A DNA stretch of 64,000 bases from Octopus vulgaris. Lineage: Eukaryota. Every line of letters begins with the position of its first letter. The stretch's first letter is position 1. Below the pieces are notes generated by a model, which saw only the letters and a list, made by a program, of their open reading frames with translations, was not told the origin of the DNA and ran no database searches. The DNA is taken from positions 43,710,001 to 43,774,000 of the forward strand of contig OX597826.1 of the NCBI GenBank assembly GCA_951406725.2, read 5' to 3'. Below are positions 27,186 through 41,977 of the stretch, piece after piece. The translations under genes and the position numbers were made by a program.

Positions 27186-30100
27186 AATATTTGGGCTGGT
27201 TGTGTACAATAAAAGATTCAGTTGTTCGACTATCTGAATTACCCGCTCTTGAAGTAATGTACAAGTGGGCTGAGTATTCTTCGGACACGTGTACACATAA
27301 TGTAATTCTGCGGTAGAATAAGCATGACACAGTGTAACATGACTGCAGATCTCCCATTACATGCACAATCTACCCAATAAGCTTTAATGAAGTTTCAATC
27401 TATTCAATTTCATTTATACATTTGTCCAGGATACCGCTCAACAGGAGCTAAGTTAAGATCTCATGATTCAGAAGTGCACTTGTTAAATTTTCGGCCTCAA
27501 TGTGCTTGTGATATTCTACATATATTAATCAAAATAAATAATACGCCAGAAGCAGTATATTCATTTGATGGTATCTAACCCTTATTAATACATTCTAAAC
27601 CTAAGTTACCATCTTTGTAAAATTGCCTTAGTAAATGGAACGCATTAATGTATTTCAGAAATAGTGTAACTTCCCTTAATATTCACTTTGGTAGTTGGAT
27701 AAAATAATATAAAATCATTAATAAACTAAATTAGAGCATTAAAATGATTTAGCAATTTGATTGTCTGGTCGATAATTGGCCATATGTTGGTTTAACAACT
27801 CTTTGTTTACACGATGCTATAGAAGCTGTTTATTGATTGCATTGAAGAAAAACTTCCGACACTCAAGCTCCTTCATTTGTTTAATATCATAACTTTTGTA
27901 TATTATTTGGGAATATGAAAACTTAACAATCAGCCATAAAAATGATTCTTCTTTGTAAAGAAAAAAAATAATGCTGGAAATATCCGATGTATTTTGAAGT
28001 CAACAGACAGATTGGCGTATTCAGAACAAACATGAAAGTCAGTATTCTTCTCCTTTCTTTTATAGAAACCATTTTAAACTGCTTATATTCAGTTGAATCG
28101 TTAATTAACCCACTATAAAACGGAATTCAATTTTTATATCTACAGCAAAGAAAGATTTGAGGAAGTAAGGAAATCTAAAGGCAAGACATGGGATTAGAAC
28201 AATGCTTCTGAAATATTCTTTAACTAAAATTACATGTACTTTGGGAATTTTTTAATCTTCAGATCTCAAGTTTTTCTTTTTAGGCGGGGCTTTTATCAAC
28301 TTTTAGCTTGTGACCTTACATAGGCATGATCTCATCAAGGTGTATAACACTTACTAATTCGTTTTAAAATAAATAAAGTAATATGTAATACATCACTGGA
28401 GTGGGTGTATAGCTACTAAACAGATGGATGAACTTTCTTTTTCATTTCCACTTGGCAATATATTGCAGACTAGGTGTGTGATGATATGCTAGGTACGTGA
28501 TGCTTCGATTAATTCAATTGACTTAAAGATCATTCTTACTGATTCTAAACTTCTATTAATATAAGAAGTCATACAATGTAGTGAATTGAAAACGCGTTTT
28601 GTAATTTACTCGAAGCACTACACTATGTGTAAAAAGAAGAAGAAAAGGTAAGCCTTGAGCAATGCAGGTGAGAAGTTAGACAAAAAAGTGTTGTCAATAA
28701 ATAAGAAAAAAGAGAGAAGATATTTTAGCATATATAGGTTGTTTAATGATTCTATAATATTTCGGGGAAGATTCCCCTTTTCAGACTGAAGAAAGAGTTC
28801 GGAAAATTGTATTATAGGATCATTTAAAAATCTATTGAAGGAAATAAAATATATTGTCTTTTTCTTTTTATTTATTAACGCCATTTTACATATACATTTT
28901 CGTTAATTTCTCATCTTCATTTGCTCAGAGATACTTTTAAATATTTATATAACTTACTAAATTGGTTGTTGTTTTTAATTTTATGCACATTTCTTCCAGT
29001 GTTAGTAGTTAATGTTATTAGATATTATACAGAAATGAGAAAAGTCATCTAACTTAAAATAAGCTATCAAATAGAAATAAAAATGTTTCTCAGTCGAATG
29101 CAAAATAAGAGTATATAGGCACGAAGCATAAATATAATTTGTATATCCTTTAGTGTGCCACTTGCTATACGTGACTGAGCTACAATTATTTAGCATTTCC
29201 TAGGTTCACTTACAAACTATATCGAGTGGATGAAAATAACTAGTTGCTTCTATGATTTATCTGTGATATTGAGCAATCTGGGTATAATTTATACAAAATG
29301 TTAGGCAAGCGTTATTATTAATACGAGAAAGCTGAAGTGTTAAAGCAGTAGTCATCACATCGAAATGATTGAAAACTGGAATATTGTAAGAAACCTGACA
29401 TGGAATTATATAGAATCGTGGTAGCATGCATGTATAAATGATAAAGGCGACACTATTCTGTTTCTTGCACGTATCTTGCAAAGAAATCTTATTGAATATA
29501 GCTATAATAATACATATGCAAATTTAACCAAGCTACATATGCATCATGGTAATATGTCGATTTATAATTTGCAGTAAACTAGCTGAAACGAAATCAGCTA
29601 GTAACATGTCCACCAAAACCTATCAAAAAGGAAAGTCGACTCTTATAGAGCTTACAGTAACATGTAAAACTAAATGGGATTAGTTTTCCATATGGATTTA
29701 TGAAACAGACCCAGCATGAAACGTGAATTTTGAAAAGTAGAAGCAAAAATGGCGGATCGTTCGTATACGACAACACCGCCAAGATGGAGTTTTAAATTAT
29801 CTAACAAAATTTTGGCTACAAACGGAAATAAGATAACATGATTAGACTTTTAATATTCTGTCTTCTTCCTTGCAAAATTATGTATAGGTAGTATTGCATA
29901 AATTGTAAGGAAAAGTGTTGTATGACTAAAAGATTTATAAACCAGCCGTATACCAGTAAATGGAATATAGAATATGTATTTCGATTCGCACTAACATACA
30001 TCTACAGCCTAAGAATTAAATCAGTTAAAAATATACAAGAGTCCTGTTGAGAAAGATAGCTCAACCTACTCTGCATCTGTTGCCTAGTAATGGCGCACTC

Positions 30101-33054
30101 AATTCCAAACACCACAGGAATGTAAGTAGGAGAAAACTTGAGATGATAAGAAATTTGCGCAATTCCGTTGCCGTTCTTAAAGCAATATTAAGTATTTATT
30201 ATTTAAAAAATCAAGCAAACTAGAAATGTTTAACGCAACCGATTAAACATCTCAATGTATGGTAGAATTCTTCTTTGTTTGCCAATACATAGTTACTAAC
30301 AATTATAAGCATTTTTATCAATTTCTCAAGTATAATACTAATGTATTATGACAATGTGATTGAAATTTGTATAGAATTACTGAACTTTAGTGAGGAAGTA
30401 TGTATCGAAGCCTTGAACATCAAAGTAATCTACGATAGACTTTGCGAACGTAGATTTTGCACCTGAAATCCGAAGTGATGCGAGTGTATCTTCTAGAGTG
30501 GCTTGTAAATCACCTTAGAGGAATAGAATAGCATTGTGTTATATCACTTTCAGTCGAACTTTCTGGTTAGTTTTCAACTTATACGCCAGGCACCAATTCA
30601 ATATTTTCAGTATTTCTACAATACTAAATATCTGGCTCCCTTCTGTTGAAAGATCATAGTCGATCTAGTTAATACCTGCTGTATAAAAAAGGTAATTTAG
30701 TCGCTTCAAGCTTAATTAGAGAGGTTGTGAGAATGAAAGGTTGGACATATGGCTGGAAGGGAATAATTTAAGTTATCATATTGCAAAGCAATGGTTTCAT
30801 CTCGGACAAATGCTGGTAAAAGCATGAACATTATTTAAGAATGTTTAACCAGTCCATAAAAATAATCTTGATGTGCTTTTGGGTGTAAGTATAGCCAGTA
30901 AGATAGCATGGTGAGATCATATATCTATCTAACTCACGTAAAGGAAATTTTACATATCGTAAACAAGCTGTTTGCTAAAGGAAGGTAGCGTCACCAAAGC
31001 GTGATGTGATACATCAACAATCCATTCTGGAAGAACTCTTCTGAGAATATGCTCAGCCAATAAAAGAAAGCTCTCTTCTGTTACTTCCATCAACACCCAC
31101 ACTTGCACAAATGAAACGAATGTTGCTTCTCCCCTAACCTTCCATTGAACTAGTTACGCTCACAATCCAATCTGCACTGTAGCAGTTCGGAAAAAGAGAC
31201 CGTTAGAATAAGCACAAGACTAAAAACAATGCCACGGGGGGTGATTTGCCACAGTTCAATGATTGAAGCAACTAAAAATAAAAGGCAAAAGATAAAAGTT
31301 ATTACATTGGTGTATGCCTTGAGGGATTTAGTTGTTATTGGAAGCCTCTAAAACGACTGCCTGGCGGCCTCTTCATTGGATCGAGGACCCACCTCTCTAC
31401 TTTGTTTCTGAAGGGCTAATAACCGCCTTTATTTATATTTAGTAATGTAGATAAAATCTGGTTGTTGTATATACATACATAACACACACACATACCCACA
31501 CACGCATGCGCACAAACACACACACAATGCACATACAAAACTCACACATACACTCGCATACGCATATATAGATATGTACTTATGTATATATATGTCTATG
31601 TATACATATTTATACACCCACACGCCCACAGACCTGCACAGACACATATACACATATACGTATATATCTACATACACTTGTATGTATACATACAAACATA
31701 TGTATATCTCTACATTTCTCTCTCTCTCTCTACACACACACACATAGTTATACACATGTATGTATAAAGCTAATTTTACATATGTAATCTAAAACCACAA
31801 TCAATATATATATATCTATACAAAAGAAAAAAAAAAGCTTAGAAAACTGTTTTCCTCATCTTCTAGTAGGATTTAAAATATGTTCAATGAAAATTTGCTT
31901 CGTCTTATGATTAAAAAAATAGCAAGTCTCCTAGATTGATAAATGCCAGATTAAAAAGAAAGAAAAATAAAATAAAACAAAAGCGGAAAGAAAAAAATGA
32001 ATAAAACCTCAGATCCGTTTCTGAAGTTATTCTAGATGCAAGAAATATATCGTTGATTATCTTCTGTAGATTAAAAATAATTCTCCGAAATCATAGGAAA
32101 AAGGAGTCGACTTTGAGAATATTTGTTAGAAGAATGGAATGGCTAGGATTAATGTCAGATAGATCAGAATAAAGTGAAAACACTGTATGAAAAAGTGAAT
32201 ATGTGTGTTTGTGTACATGCGTGGGTATCTATGTGCTTGTGTATGAGAGAGAGAGAGAAGAGGAGCAAAGAGTGGGAGAGGGGGGTAAAGAGAGAGAGAG
32301 ACAAACAGACAGACATACAGACACAAAAAACATAAGAGAAAAAAGAAAAGTTCAGACAGTAAGAAATAGGGAGGTTGATTTCTTAGTTCATATAATATGC
32401 ATACAGTGCGTTGCGTAGGTTCTTGTTCTTACCTACCATTTTCAGAGGAATCCTATTAGAATTATATACATAATGGTTATCTGAGTTCTATGGAATTGAC
32501 AGAATTTTGCCGGATGGAGAAATATTCAAAGCAAATACAGAAATAAAGAACAAAAGAAAAGAACTTTTGCTAAAATATCACCCATATAACCTTGCTAAAT
32601 ACCCTTTTCTTGTTCAGTACTTTGTATTCCTGAAGTAAAAAAAAAGCTATGGCATTCTCGTAGCAACTACTTTTCGCAAAGTTCACCATATTCAAAATGT
32701 ACTTTAACTATCCTCATCATCCGTGAAGTATTGCGTCTGAATAAATCCAGGTGCAAATTCTCCGGTAATATTCATTCCATAATAAGTGCACACACACACA
32801 CATACACACACAAACACACTCACAGAGACACACACATACATATATAAACATATATGCATATAAATATGCGTATATATATATACATATATATATATGTATA
32901 AATGTATATTTGGCATTGGAATTTTTTTTTGCCCTTCTTTATAAGTTGTTTATATGTATATATGTATATGTATATATATACCTATAAATGCATATACATT
33001 CATAAATACACACACGCACATATATATGTATGTATGTATGTATCTATGTATGCG

Positions 33055-33146
<92 letters not shown>

Positions 33147-33974
33147 TATATGTATATATATATAGATATAGATATATATGCATATAAAAGCATCATTATT
33201 TTCCATAGTCCATAGTTCTTTTTCAGTATTACATTTTCTTTTCTTTTAGAAAGACAAAAAGACAAAAAAAAAACTATGTGTTTGTACGTCTACTGTGTCC
33301 AGTGAATACATCCCTACTCGTTGTTATTACTTAAATAAGAAACACATTCTACTGAATCACATATCTGAATAATAGAAACTGAGAAAAAAATATTGGCTGA
33401 GAATGATTTGCAGCGTACTTTCTTTGCTTCAACGAATAAACTGGCATCAGTATTAAACAAAACAAATCTTTCGATTTTTAACCGAAAAATACGTTTCGCA
33501 ACTCGTAAGTATGTTTCGCATGGAACTCTTTGCTGACGCCTTGTAGCTTATATTAATTGCTTTGAATACACATTCTGCATTCATTGAAAAAGGGAGCCAT
33601 GCAACTACCAGGATAGCGTGACAGAAAATATAATATTTTTAACAGTTACATATGCTTCCTATTGTTGGTGATATTTTTGTCAAAGAATGTCAGTAAGATT
33701 TTTTTTAGAAATAAACCGTTTGTTAGAATGCTGGTAGATTTTTAAACAAAATGAGAAGTGGAAGAGTAGCTAATTTGCTTAAGCCACCGTAAATAATGTC
33801 CTTCTTGCAAGTAGGAGGTCTTCTGTAATAAAGTTAATGCCTGGAAGTTCGCTGCAGATTGCTGCTGGGATGAGAACGGATCGGTATGGTTTCCTTACCT
33901 GGTTGTGATTAACCCAAAAGTCGCTGTAAGTAACGTACATTTGATAACGTCATTAATTTTAGATAACTTGTATT

Positions 33975-34150
33975 GCCCCCACCCCCATCCACTGCACCAC
34001 CACCGCCACCACCACCCCCGCCATCACCACCACCATCACCACCATCACCACCACTACCACCGCCAGCAGCAGCAGCAGCAGCAGCAGCACCACCACCACC
34101 ACCACTAGCACAACGCCAGGACTACAACCGTAGCCGCCGTCACCATCACA
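33975..34150. repeat. Compound (CAC)n/(CAG)n trinucleotide repeat
   Basis: Direct reading. Confidence 0.9.
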
Positions 34151-34254
34151 GATTGCAAGGATACTTTAACAGCTTACCGAGTCAATGTAGCACAATATGG
34201 ATCTTGAATTTATACACATACACATGAACAAGCTGTAATTCAGAGATGCACATG

Positions 34255-34359
<105 letters not shown>

Positions 34360-34407
34360 TGTATGTGTATATATATATATATATATATGATATATACATA
34401 CATATAC

Positions 34408-34458
<51 letters not shown>

Positions 34459-34981
34459 TATATATGTATATACGTATATATACATATATATAAATATACA
34501 TATATACATGAACAAACAATACATGCAGACATTCATATGTATGTGTCTGTATATATACAGAACACACACACATACGCACACTCTCTCTTAATATACGCAT
34601 ATATACATAGACATATATGTATATACATACATATATATGTATGTATGTATGGATATGCATATACATATGTATATATAATTATATATGCGCACTCACGCAC
34701 ACACACACTTATATCTATATACACTCTTACACATCAATTCTCTTGTACACACATGCACACATACATATAATATACATATCATATGTACAGTGAAAATGCT
34801 ACACAAACAGTCATTCACAGAGTATAATTTCACCTAAAACATGCCTCCATATTGTTCCAGCATGCAACAGTAATGATTAAACAATATCCATTATCAACCG
34901 TAAGTAAAACATAGAAATAAGAGAGCACTTATTGTTGATTGAAAATAAAGCAAATATATATTTCAAATATATATATACATA

Positions 34982-35045
<64 letters not shown>

Positions 35046-35075
35046 ATAATAATTCTCTAAAAGAGATATAGACAA

Positions 35076-35115
<40 letters not shown>

Positions 35116-35140
35116 ATATATATGTATATATATATGTGTG

Positions 35141-35173
<33 letters not shown>

Positions 35174-35228
35174 ATATATATGTATGTATATATATATGTG
35201 TGTATATATATATAATATATATATATAT

Positions 35229-35329
<101 letters not shown>

Positions 35330-35545
35330 CATACATACATACATGTATTTATGTATATATATTTATATGTCGTATATCGATTACTTGTATCAGATTTACA
35401 ATGTGGACAAATGTGATTTTGTGACGTTCTTGCATTACCCCTACGTCGTTAACAGCATTAATTATTGTATTCGATGACATAATGATGCTCGGGCGTATTA
35501 GACGCTCCCCACTTTCAGCAGCGTGTATTTATTCATGTAATCAAT

Positions 35546-35943
35546 TACTTGTTTCAGTCATCAGACCGTAGCCATGCTGGGGCACCATCATGAATAATTT
35601 TAGTCCAGCGAATGTTCCCCTAGTATCCATATGTTTTTTAAAACTTGGTACTTATTCTATCTGTCCCCTTTTGCCGAACCGCTATTCTACGGGTGCGTAA
35701 ACACACCAATACCAGTTGTCAAGCAGTGACAAAAAAACATTATCAAATGTATGTGACTTACAGCAACTTTAGATTGATCACAATCAGGTAAGAAAACCAT
35801 ATGGATCCGTTGCCGATCCAGCAGTAAGTTGCAACGAACTTCCAGGCATTAACATTACTACAGAGGACTTCCTATTTGCACGTAGGAGATTAATTACGAT
35901 GGCTAAAGAACATTAGTAGTGGTAAGGGAAATACAGACACAAA

Positions 35944-35992
<49 letters not shown>

Positions 35993-36392
35993 GCATATAT
36001 ACATACATCTACGATGGACTTCGTATAAGGCGGGCGAGCTGGCAGAAACGTTAGCATGCCGGGCGAAATGCGTAGCCGTATTTCGTCTGGCGTTACGTTC
36101 TGAGTTCAAATTCCGCCGAGGTCCACTTTGCCTTTCATCCTTTCGGGGTCGATTAAATAAGTACCAGTTACGCACTGGGGTCGATGTAATCGATTTAATC
36201 CCTTTGTCTGTCCTTGTTTGCTCCCTCTGTGTTTAGCCCCTTGTGGGTAGTAATGAAATATATACGATGGACTTCTTTCAGTTTCCGTCAAGTAAATCCA
36301 ATCACAAAGTTTTGGTCGGCCTGAGGCCATAGTAGAAAACGGCCAAGGTGCCACGCAGTTTGACTGAACTGGGAACCATGTGATTGGGAAGC
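35546..36392 (-). mobile_element. SINE family A split by nested insertions
   Basis: Tail half at 35546-35730 and head half at 36263-36392. Confidence 0.8.
36027..36260 (+). mobile_element. Full-length Nin-domain SINE B monomer with 13-bp TSD
   Basis: GGCGAGCTGGCAGAAACGTTAGC head, GAGTTCAAATTCC B box, GCCTTTCATCCTTTCGGGGTCGAT..AAGTACC Nin-like domain. TACGATGGACTTC at 36010-36022 and 36263-36275. Confidence 0.92.
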
Positions 36393-36684
36393 AAAAACAT
36401 ACACAGTGCATCTTATACGCCATGATATAACGACATACGAAATAGCAACGAAGAGGAAAAGAGATACCAAGATCTGTGGAATTCTTATGGTTAGGTGGAA
36501 AAGACACCCACTGGTCGCTCTATGGAGATAATTTGAAAGAATATTATCTGTAATATAGACTGTGGTTTCTCTGTATTTTAAAATATATTTTCAATACTGA
36601 CTAAAAATAAAACCGAAATATTTCAATCAATTCAAAAGTTAAAGATATTAACAAGAAAGGCAACGATATCTTCCTGCTTCCGTT

Positions 36685-36725
36685 ACGCTCTTTCTCTCTT
36701 TCTTTCTTTCCTTCTTTCTTTCTTA

Positions 36726-36764
<39 letters not shown>

Positions 36765-37090
36765 TCATTCTTTCTTTCTTTATTTCTTTCTTTATTGCTT
36801 TCTTGCTTTCCTTCCTTCTTTCCTGTTTTCCTTCCTTCTTTCCTGCATTCCTTCCTTCTTTCCTGCTTTCCTTCCTTCTTTCTTTCCTTCTTTCCTTCCT
36901 TCTTTCTTTCCCTCTTTCTTTCTTTCATTCATTCATTCATTCTTTCTTTCTTTCTTTGTCCTCTATTTGTTTGGTTGTTTCCTGCCTGCCTCCCTTCCTC
37001 TTTTCTTTCTTTTTTCTTTTTCTTTATTCCTTGTTTCTTTCCATTCTTTCATACATTCCACTCTTTTTCTTTATTTATTACTTCTTTTTT
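36685..37090. repeat. (CTTT)n/(CTTC)n polypyrimidine tract
   Basis: Direct reading. Confidence 0.95.
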
Positions 37091-37954
37091 TATCCCTTTC
37101 TCAATAAGGATGAAGCTATACCCCAACACACGCGCGCACACACACACTAACACACTCATACACATAACAGTCACAGCACACATATTTGAAAACTGAACGA
37201 TCATTGTGACACGTAAGAGTCTTATCCTTTGTCAAGGCCAGGCCAAGGCAGCGCACAGCATACATGAAACACAACATACAATAACAGAAACCAAATTCAA
37301 CGAATTATGAAACAGTAATTATAAAGAGTGCAACAATTATATCTAATCTCATTAACTTGCCTTATATATATAGTGAGATGAGATGAGATGAGATGAGATG
37401 AAATGAGATGTGATGTAAGTAGAGAATGAAGGAGAGAGAAACTGCATGTATTTCTGTAAGCTTAAATATCTCGCGTAACGGATTCTCACATGAGATGAAT
37501 TTCAGCATTGTACCAGTTGTTATAAAGCAAAAGGCACGTATAAGTAGCAAAGAGAAATATAACAAGCGAAAACGAGATTAAAGCTTCAGAAGTCAATGTT
37601 GTAATGAAAATTTGCACAAGGGACTAAGTGCAACAACTACGAACAGAAGCCATATTGATAGCAACAGTAAAAACAATACGCCATATTGATAGCAATGTCA
37701 TCCAAGAAAATATGAAGATAAATACCAAAAACAAAGGAAAAGGCATCATAACAATAATGGTAATTATCTCTATGTGATTTCAGTTTATGATGTGTGTTAC
37801 CGATCACCCGAAATCTTTCGAGAAAATTCGTTCACTTAGAATATAAAGGCATTTCCCAGGAAATCCTCTGTTATCTGTCCTCGTTGGGATATAAATTCCT
37901 TTGAACTTATTGACAACCTATTGAAGTATGATCATTCCTCTCTCTCTCTCTCTT

Positions 37955-37988
<34 letters not shown>

Positions 37989-38465
37989 TTTCTCTCTCTT
38001 TCTCTCTCTTTCTCTCTTCAGCTTCTTGTCTCTCTGTTTCTTTTACTACTTCTCTCGTATCCTCGAAATCCTATGTATATATGAAAATGTTTCCCCTCTG
38101 GAGTTCTCTTCTCATGTATTCTCACAAACTACTACAGGGGTATACTTAACATCAAATATTAACATATTCAAGACTCTCTCTTTAAATACATACTTACATT
38201 TGTATATGTATATGCGTGTCTATATAAATAAATAAATAAATATATATATATAAATGTATATATATGAACACGCGTATGCATATATGTATATGTAAATGTA
38301 ACTGCATAACAGAAACAGTAATAATGTTAATAACACTGAAATCAACAGCAGTAATGACAACAATTCAACGAAAGCTTTAAAAGCATCCATAAAGGTGGAA
38401 ACAGCCCCGAAAGAGAATTACAATAAAGGGCAAGGATTGATGTATTTTTAGTAAATTATTATATT

Positions 38466-39532
38466 AGGCGGTGAACTGGCAGAATCGTTAGCGTATGCAA
38501 CAACAATGCATTATGCTATTTGTTCTGGCTCTTTACGTACTGAGTTCAAATCCCACAGAGGGCGACTTTGCTTTTCATCCTTTCAGGGGTCGACAACATA
38601 AAGCAGTTAAATCAAAGATAGTGAACCTGCAGAAATAGAGTACCTAACAAAACGGCGTGTTGTATTTGCTTCGGTTCTATACTTTCTGAAATCAAATCTA
38701 CCTGTGATTGATCATGCTTTTCATTCTCTCAGGTTAGGGGAAGAAAAGTCCACAGTCAAGGACGGTTGATTGGCAGGTCTATAAGTGTATGAGACAAAAT
38801 GTTTTGTTACGGATCCTTACGCCCTGAGTTCAAAACCTGCCGAGATTCTTACGCTTTTCATTCTTCCAAAGAACTAAAGTGCAGGTCAAGGGAAAAGGAT
38901 TAACGAGTGTTGGACAAAATGCTTTGACCTTTTGCAGCGTGTGGTCTGGATTTTTACGTTCTGAATACCGTTGAACGTAACAACAACATCGTATGACGAA
39001 GAAAATTTTCAAAAGAAAATAATGGCAAACCACTTTTGTATTCTTCGAAGAAAATTCTACTATCGTCACATAACATTACTCAAACAGGTCCTCAGGGATT
39101 GTTCTGTGATCCAACGACATAAGGGGAGGAGGTAAGGCGATTCTATCGACCCCAATGTTCAACTAATACTTATTTTATCGACTCCGAAAAGATGAAAGGT
39201 AAAGTCGATTTCAATGGAATTTGAATTCAAAACAAAATGACGGACGAATTGCCGCTAAACATTTTATCCGGCGTGCTAAGGATTCTCCTAGATCATCGTC
39301 TTTTAATAATCGTAAATTGGTTTCAAATTTTGACACAAGGCCAGTAATTTCGGGGAAGGGGATAAGATGATTGCATTGACCCCCAGTGTTGATTTGTTAC
39401 TTATTTTATCGAACCCCAAAGAATGAAGGGCAAAGTCTACCTCGGTGGAATTTAAACTCAGATCGTTAAGACGGACGAAATATCGTGAAGGTTTTTGCCT
39501 GGCGTTTAGCGATTCTACTTGCTCGCCGCCTA
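38466..39532. mobile_element. Cluster of at least 5 Nin-SINE B copies or fragments (+ at ~38466, ~38620, ~38815; - at ~39140-39300 and ~39320-39532)
   Basis: Repeated CTGAGTTCAAA..CTTTTCAT motifs on the plus strand and TTTTATCGA..GATGAAAGG..ATTTGAA on the minus-strand copies. Confidence 0.75.
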
Positions 39533-39739
39533 TTAGCGTGAATATTAGCTGATAGAGTTGAAACTGTGATGGTCGTTCTTCTATTGTAAATAACGGATGA
39601 GAGTCTGCAGGCTCTTGCTGTACAAGCTGCGCAGGTGATTTGTTTATAGTGATCTAATTTTAGCCCAATTCCTCATCAAATTGACATTGCCTATACAGGT
39701 GCATGGGGTGTCACAAGTCAAATGTCGAAGTAGTTGCAC

Positions 39740-39850
39740 AACAATGTGAAATGAAATGTTTTGCTCAATACCCAACGCAATATCCGGCCCGGGAATCGAA
39801 AGCACGATCTTTCGATCTTAAATGCAATAGCCTAGCCACTAGGCTCCACT
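39740..39850 (-). mobile_element. Decayed tRNA-head SINE (family C-like)
   Basis: Reverse complement GCCTAGTGGCTAGG..TTCGATTCCCGGGCCGG..GCGTTG..TTGAGCAAAACATTTCATTTCAC. Confidence 0.6.
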
Positions 39851-40278
39851 TGGGCATACGCCTCCGCATAGTGTGATAGCGTTCTTAGATAAAGCAGTCA
39901 CGAAGATTGCAGCAGAAATGTAAAGTCTTTCTATCTATGGGTGGAGATGTTTTTGCGATGGAATTGTAAAAAGATTGGTAAAACTAACGCAAAGACTTTC
40001 CTATACTAAAATCCTCAACGTTAACCTTTGACAAAAATCTCATGGGAAAACGGCCCCGTCTTTGTAAAGAAGAAATTCATATGATATTAGTATTGAGTTT
40101 ATAGGAATCAAAAATTGATTGAATGCGAGGATTGTACTAAACTTAGAATTGTGAATACAAACCAAATTTCTGTATCAGCCTATTTTATACTGCAGAGCGT
40201 GTTTGGCCAATCAAGCATATGTATATGATTTCCTTCTGGTGAAAATCCATAATTATAATCCAGTATAAACATAACTTA

Positions 40279-40339
<61 letters not shown>

Positions 40340-40485
40340 ATATATATATATTAATATATATCTATATCTATATATATGTTCATACACACACACCTATATA
40401 TATATATTTTTTTTTACCGACTTATATATGTATATATACTTATATATATATATGTATATGTATGTATATATATATATATATATAT

Positions 40486-40636
40486 AGTTAATCCAAACCT
40501 GAAAACACAAAGAGAAAACACAACATCGCGAGGACGAGGAACAAGTATAGTGTTATTGGATGCTCAGGAAAGAAGGAAAGAAGGAGGGTTTAACGTTTCT
40601 AGCGGAACTCTTCGTCAGAAACATAGGAAAAGGAAA
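40486..40636 (-). mobile_element. Second copy of the hammerhead-bearing short element (ribozyme motif 40588-40622)
   Basis: Reverse complement GTTT-CTGACGA-A-GAGT-tcc-GCTA-GAAA-CG-TT-AAAC, embedded in (TA)n. Stem II has a closing mismatch. Confidence 0.7.
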
Positions 40637-40637
40637 T

Positions 40638-40675
<38 letters not shown>

Positions 40676-40677
40676 CA

Positions 40678-40708
<31 letters not shown>

Positions 40709-40979
40709 TCATAATATATATATATATGTATGTATGTATATATGTATGTATGTACATACGCCATTGAAACCGGGAAACCGGGCCCATGAGCCTGGCTAGG
40801 CTTTAAAAGGCCGCATTTATTTTTATTTTAAGTCTGGAGGAATGGTTTGAAAATAATACAAGTTACCAGAACAGAGATATATTCAAATGAAGTTAGCCCG
40901 AACAACAAAGTTTCAATGTGTTATACGTTATCTGAAATAAAATATGAATTATGAAATGCAATATATTAATTTTCAGTGT

Positions 40980-41170
40980 TCTAGTGGTTAACGTGTTGAT
41001 CGCAAGATCCTGGTTTCGATTCCCGGACAGGCTGATGCGTTGTGTTCTTTAGTTTCTGTAGCTCGAGTCCACTCAGCTGTAAATGAAATACCCTACGACG
41101 GACTGACGCCCGGTTGAGGGAGGAGTTTATTACATCATGGTAACCGGTTAATCGGCTCTGCGACTCGGGA
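40980..41170 (+). mobile_element. Decayed SINE family C-like copy
   Basis: CTAGTGGTTA..GTTTCGATTCCCGG..CCCTACGACGGACTG, similar to the 7328 copy. Confidence 0.6.
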
Positions 41171-41427
41171 CATGTCCAGCGGTTGATGATGGTGATGTAA
41201 GTTTCTCAGGATATTTCTTAAGACATTCTCCTCGGATATAAAACCTAATAGAGATTCATAGTAATATTCTGATGACATTAATTTGGTACGTACTCATTCT
41301 CTCTCTCTCTCTCTTTTTTCTCTCTCTCTCTGTCTTTCTTACTCTTTCTCTTTTTGTCTCCCTCTCGCTGAAAGGTCTCTACCAGAAAGCCGAAAATTAT
41401 TTTTCAGTATAAATATATATATATATA

Positions 41428-41977
41428 TTGGGTTGTCCGGAAAGTCCATGCCGATTTATACTAGCTTACCGTTAGACTAATTTTAGAACATGGTTGAGTC
41501 CATAAAATAGGATTTGACTACACCTCCATTTAGAGCACTGTTTAATCTATCTTTTCGTGGAAGAAGATTTATGTTCCTATAACCTGTGTTAATTCTGTAA
41601 CCCTTTAAAATGGAAGATAAGAAAGTTCATTTTCGGCACTTGACAAAAATTGCTGCAGCTCAGCTGGGATATGTTACTCCACCCTCCACATTCACTAGAT
41701 ATTGCTCCTTCGGATTTCCACTTATTCAGGTCTCTGCAGACTAGTCTTAATGGTAAAAATTTCAATTCGTTGGATGACGTAAAAAGATACGTTGATGAAT
41801 TATTTGCCATGAAACCACCTCAATTCTGGGAAGAGGGTATTTTCAAGTTAAAGGAAAGATGGAGACGCACTGTGCAACAAAATGTTTCATATTTGGTTGA
41901 TTAAAAATGTAATGGCAAGTATTTATTGACCTTTTCCTTTCTTTTAAAAATCGGCACGAACTTCCCGGACAACCCAA
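41428..41977 (+). mobile_element. Non-autonomous mariner deletion derivative, copy 2
   Basis: TA-flanked TIRs TTGGGTTGTCCGGAAAGT.. / ..ACTTCCCGGACAACCCAA; HPPHSLDIAPSDFHLF. Confidence 0.95.

Noticed and set aside
33905-34227. Poly-His/Gln or poly-Pro/Ala ORFs resembling a transcription-factor low-complexity exon
   Set aside because: Non-ATG starts, no domain, and they run into (TA)n. A trinucleotide repeat explains them.
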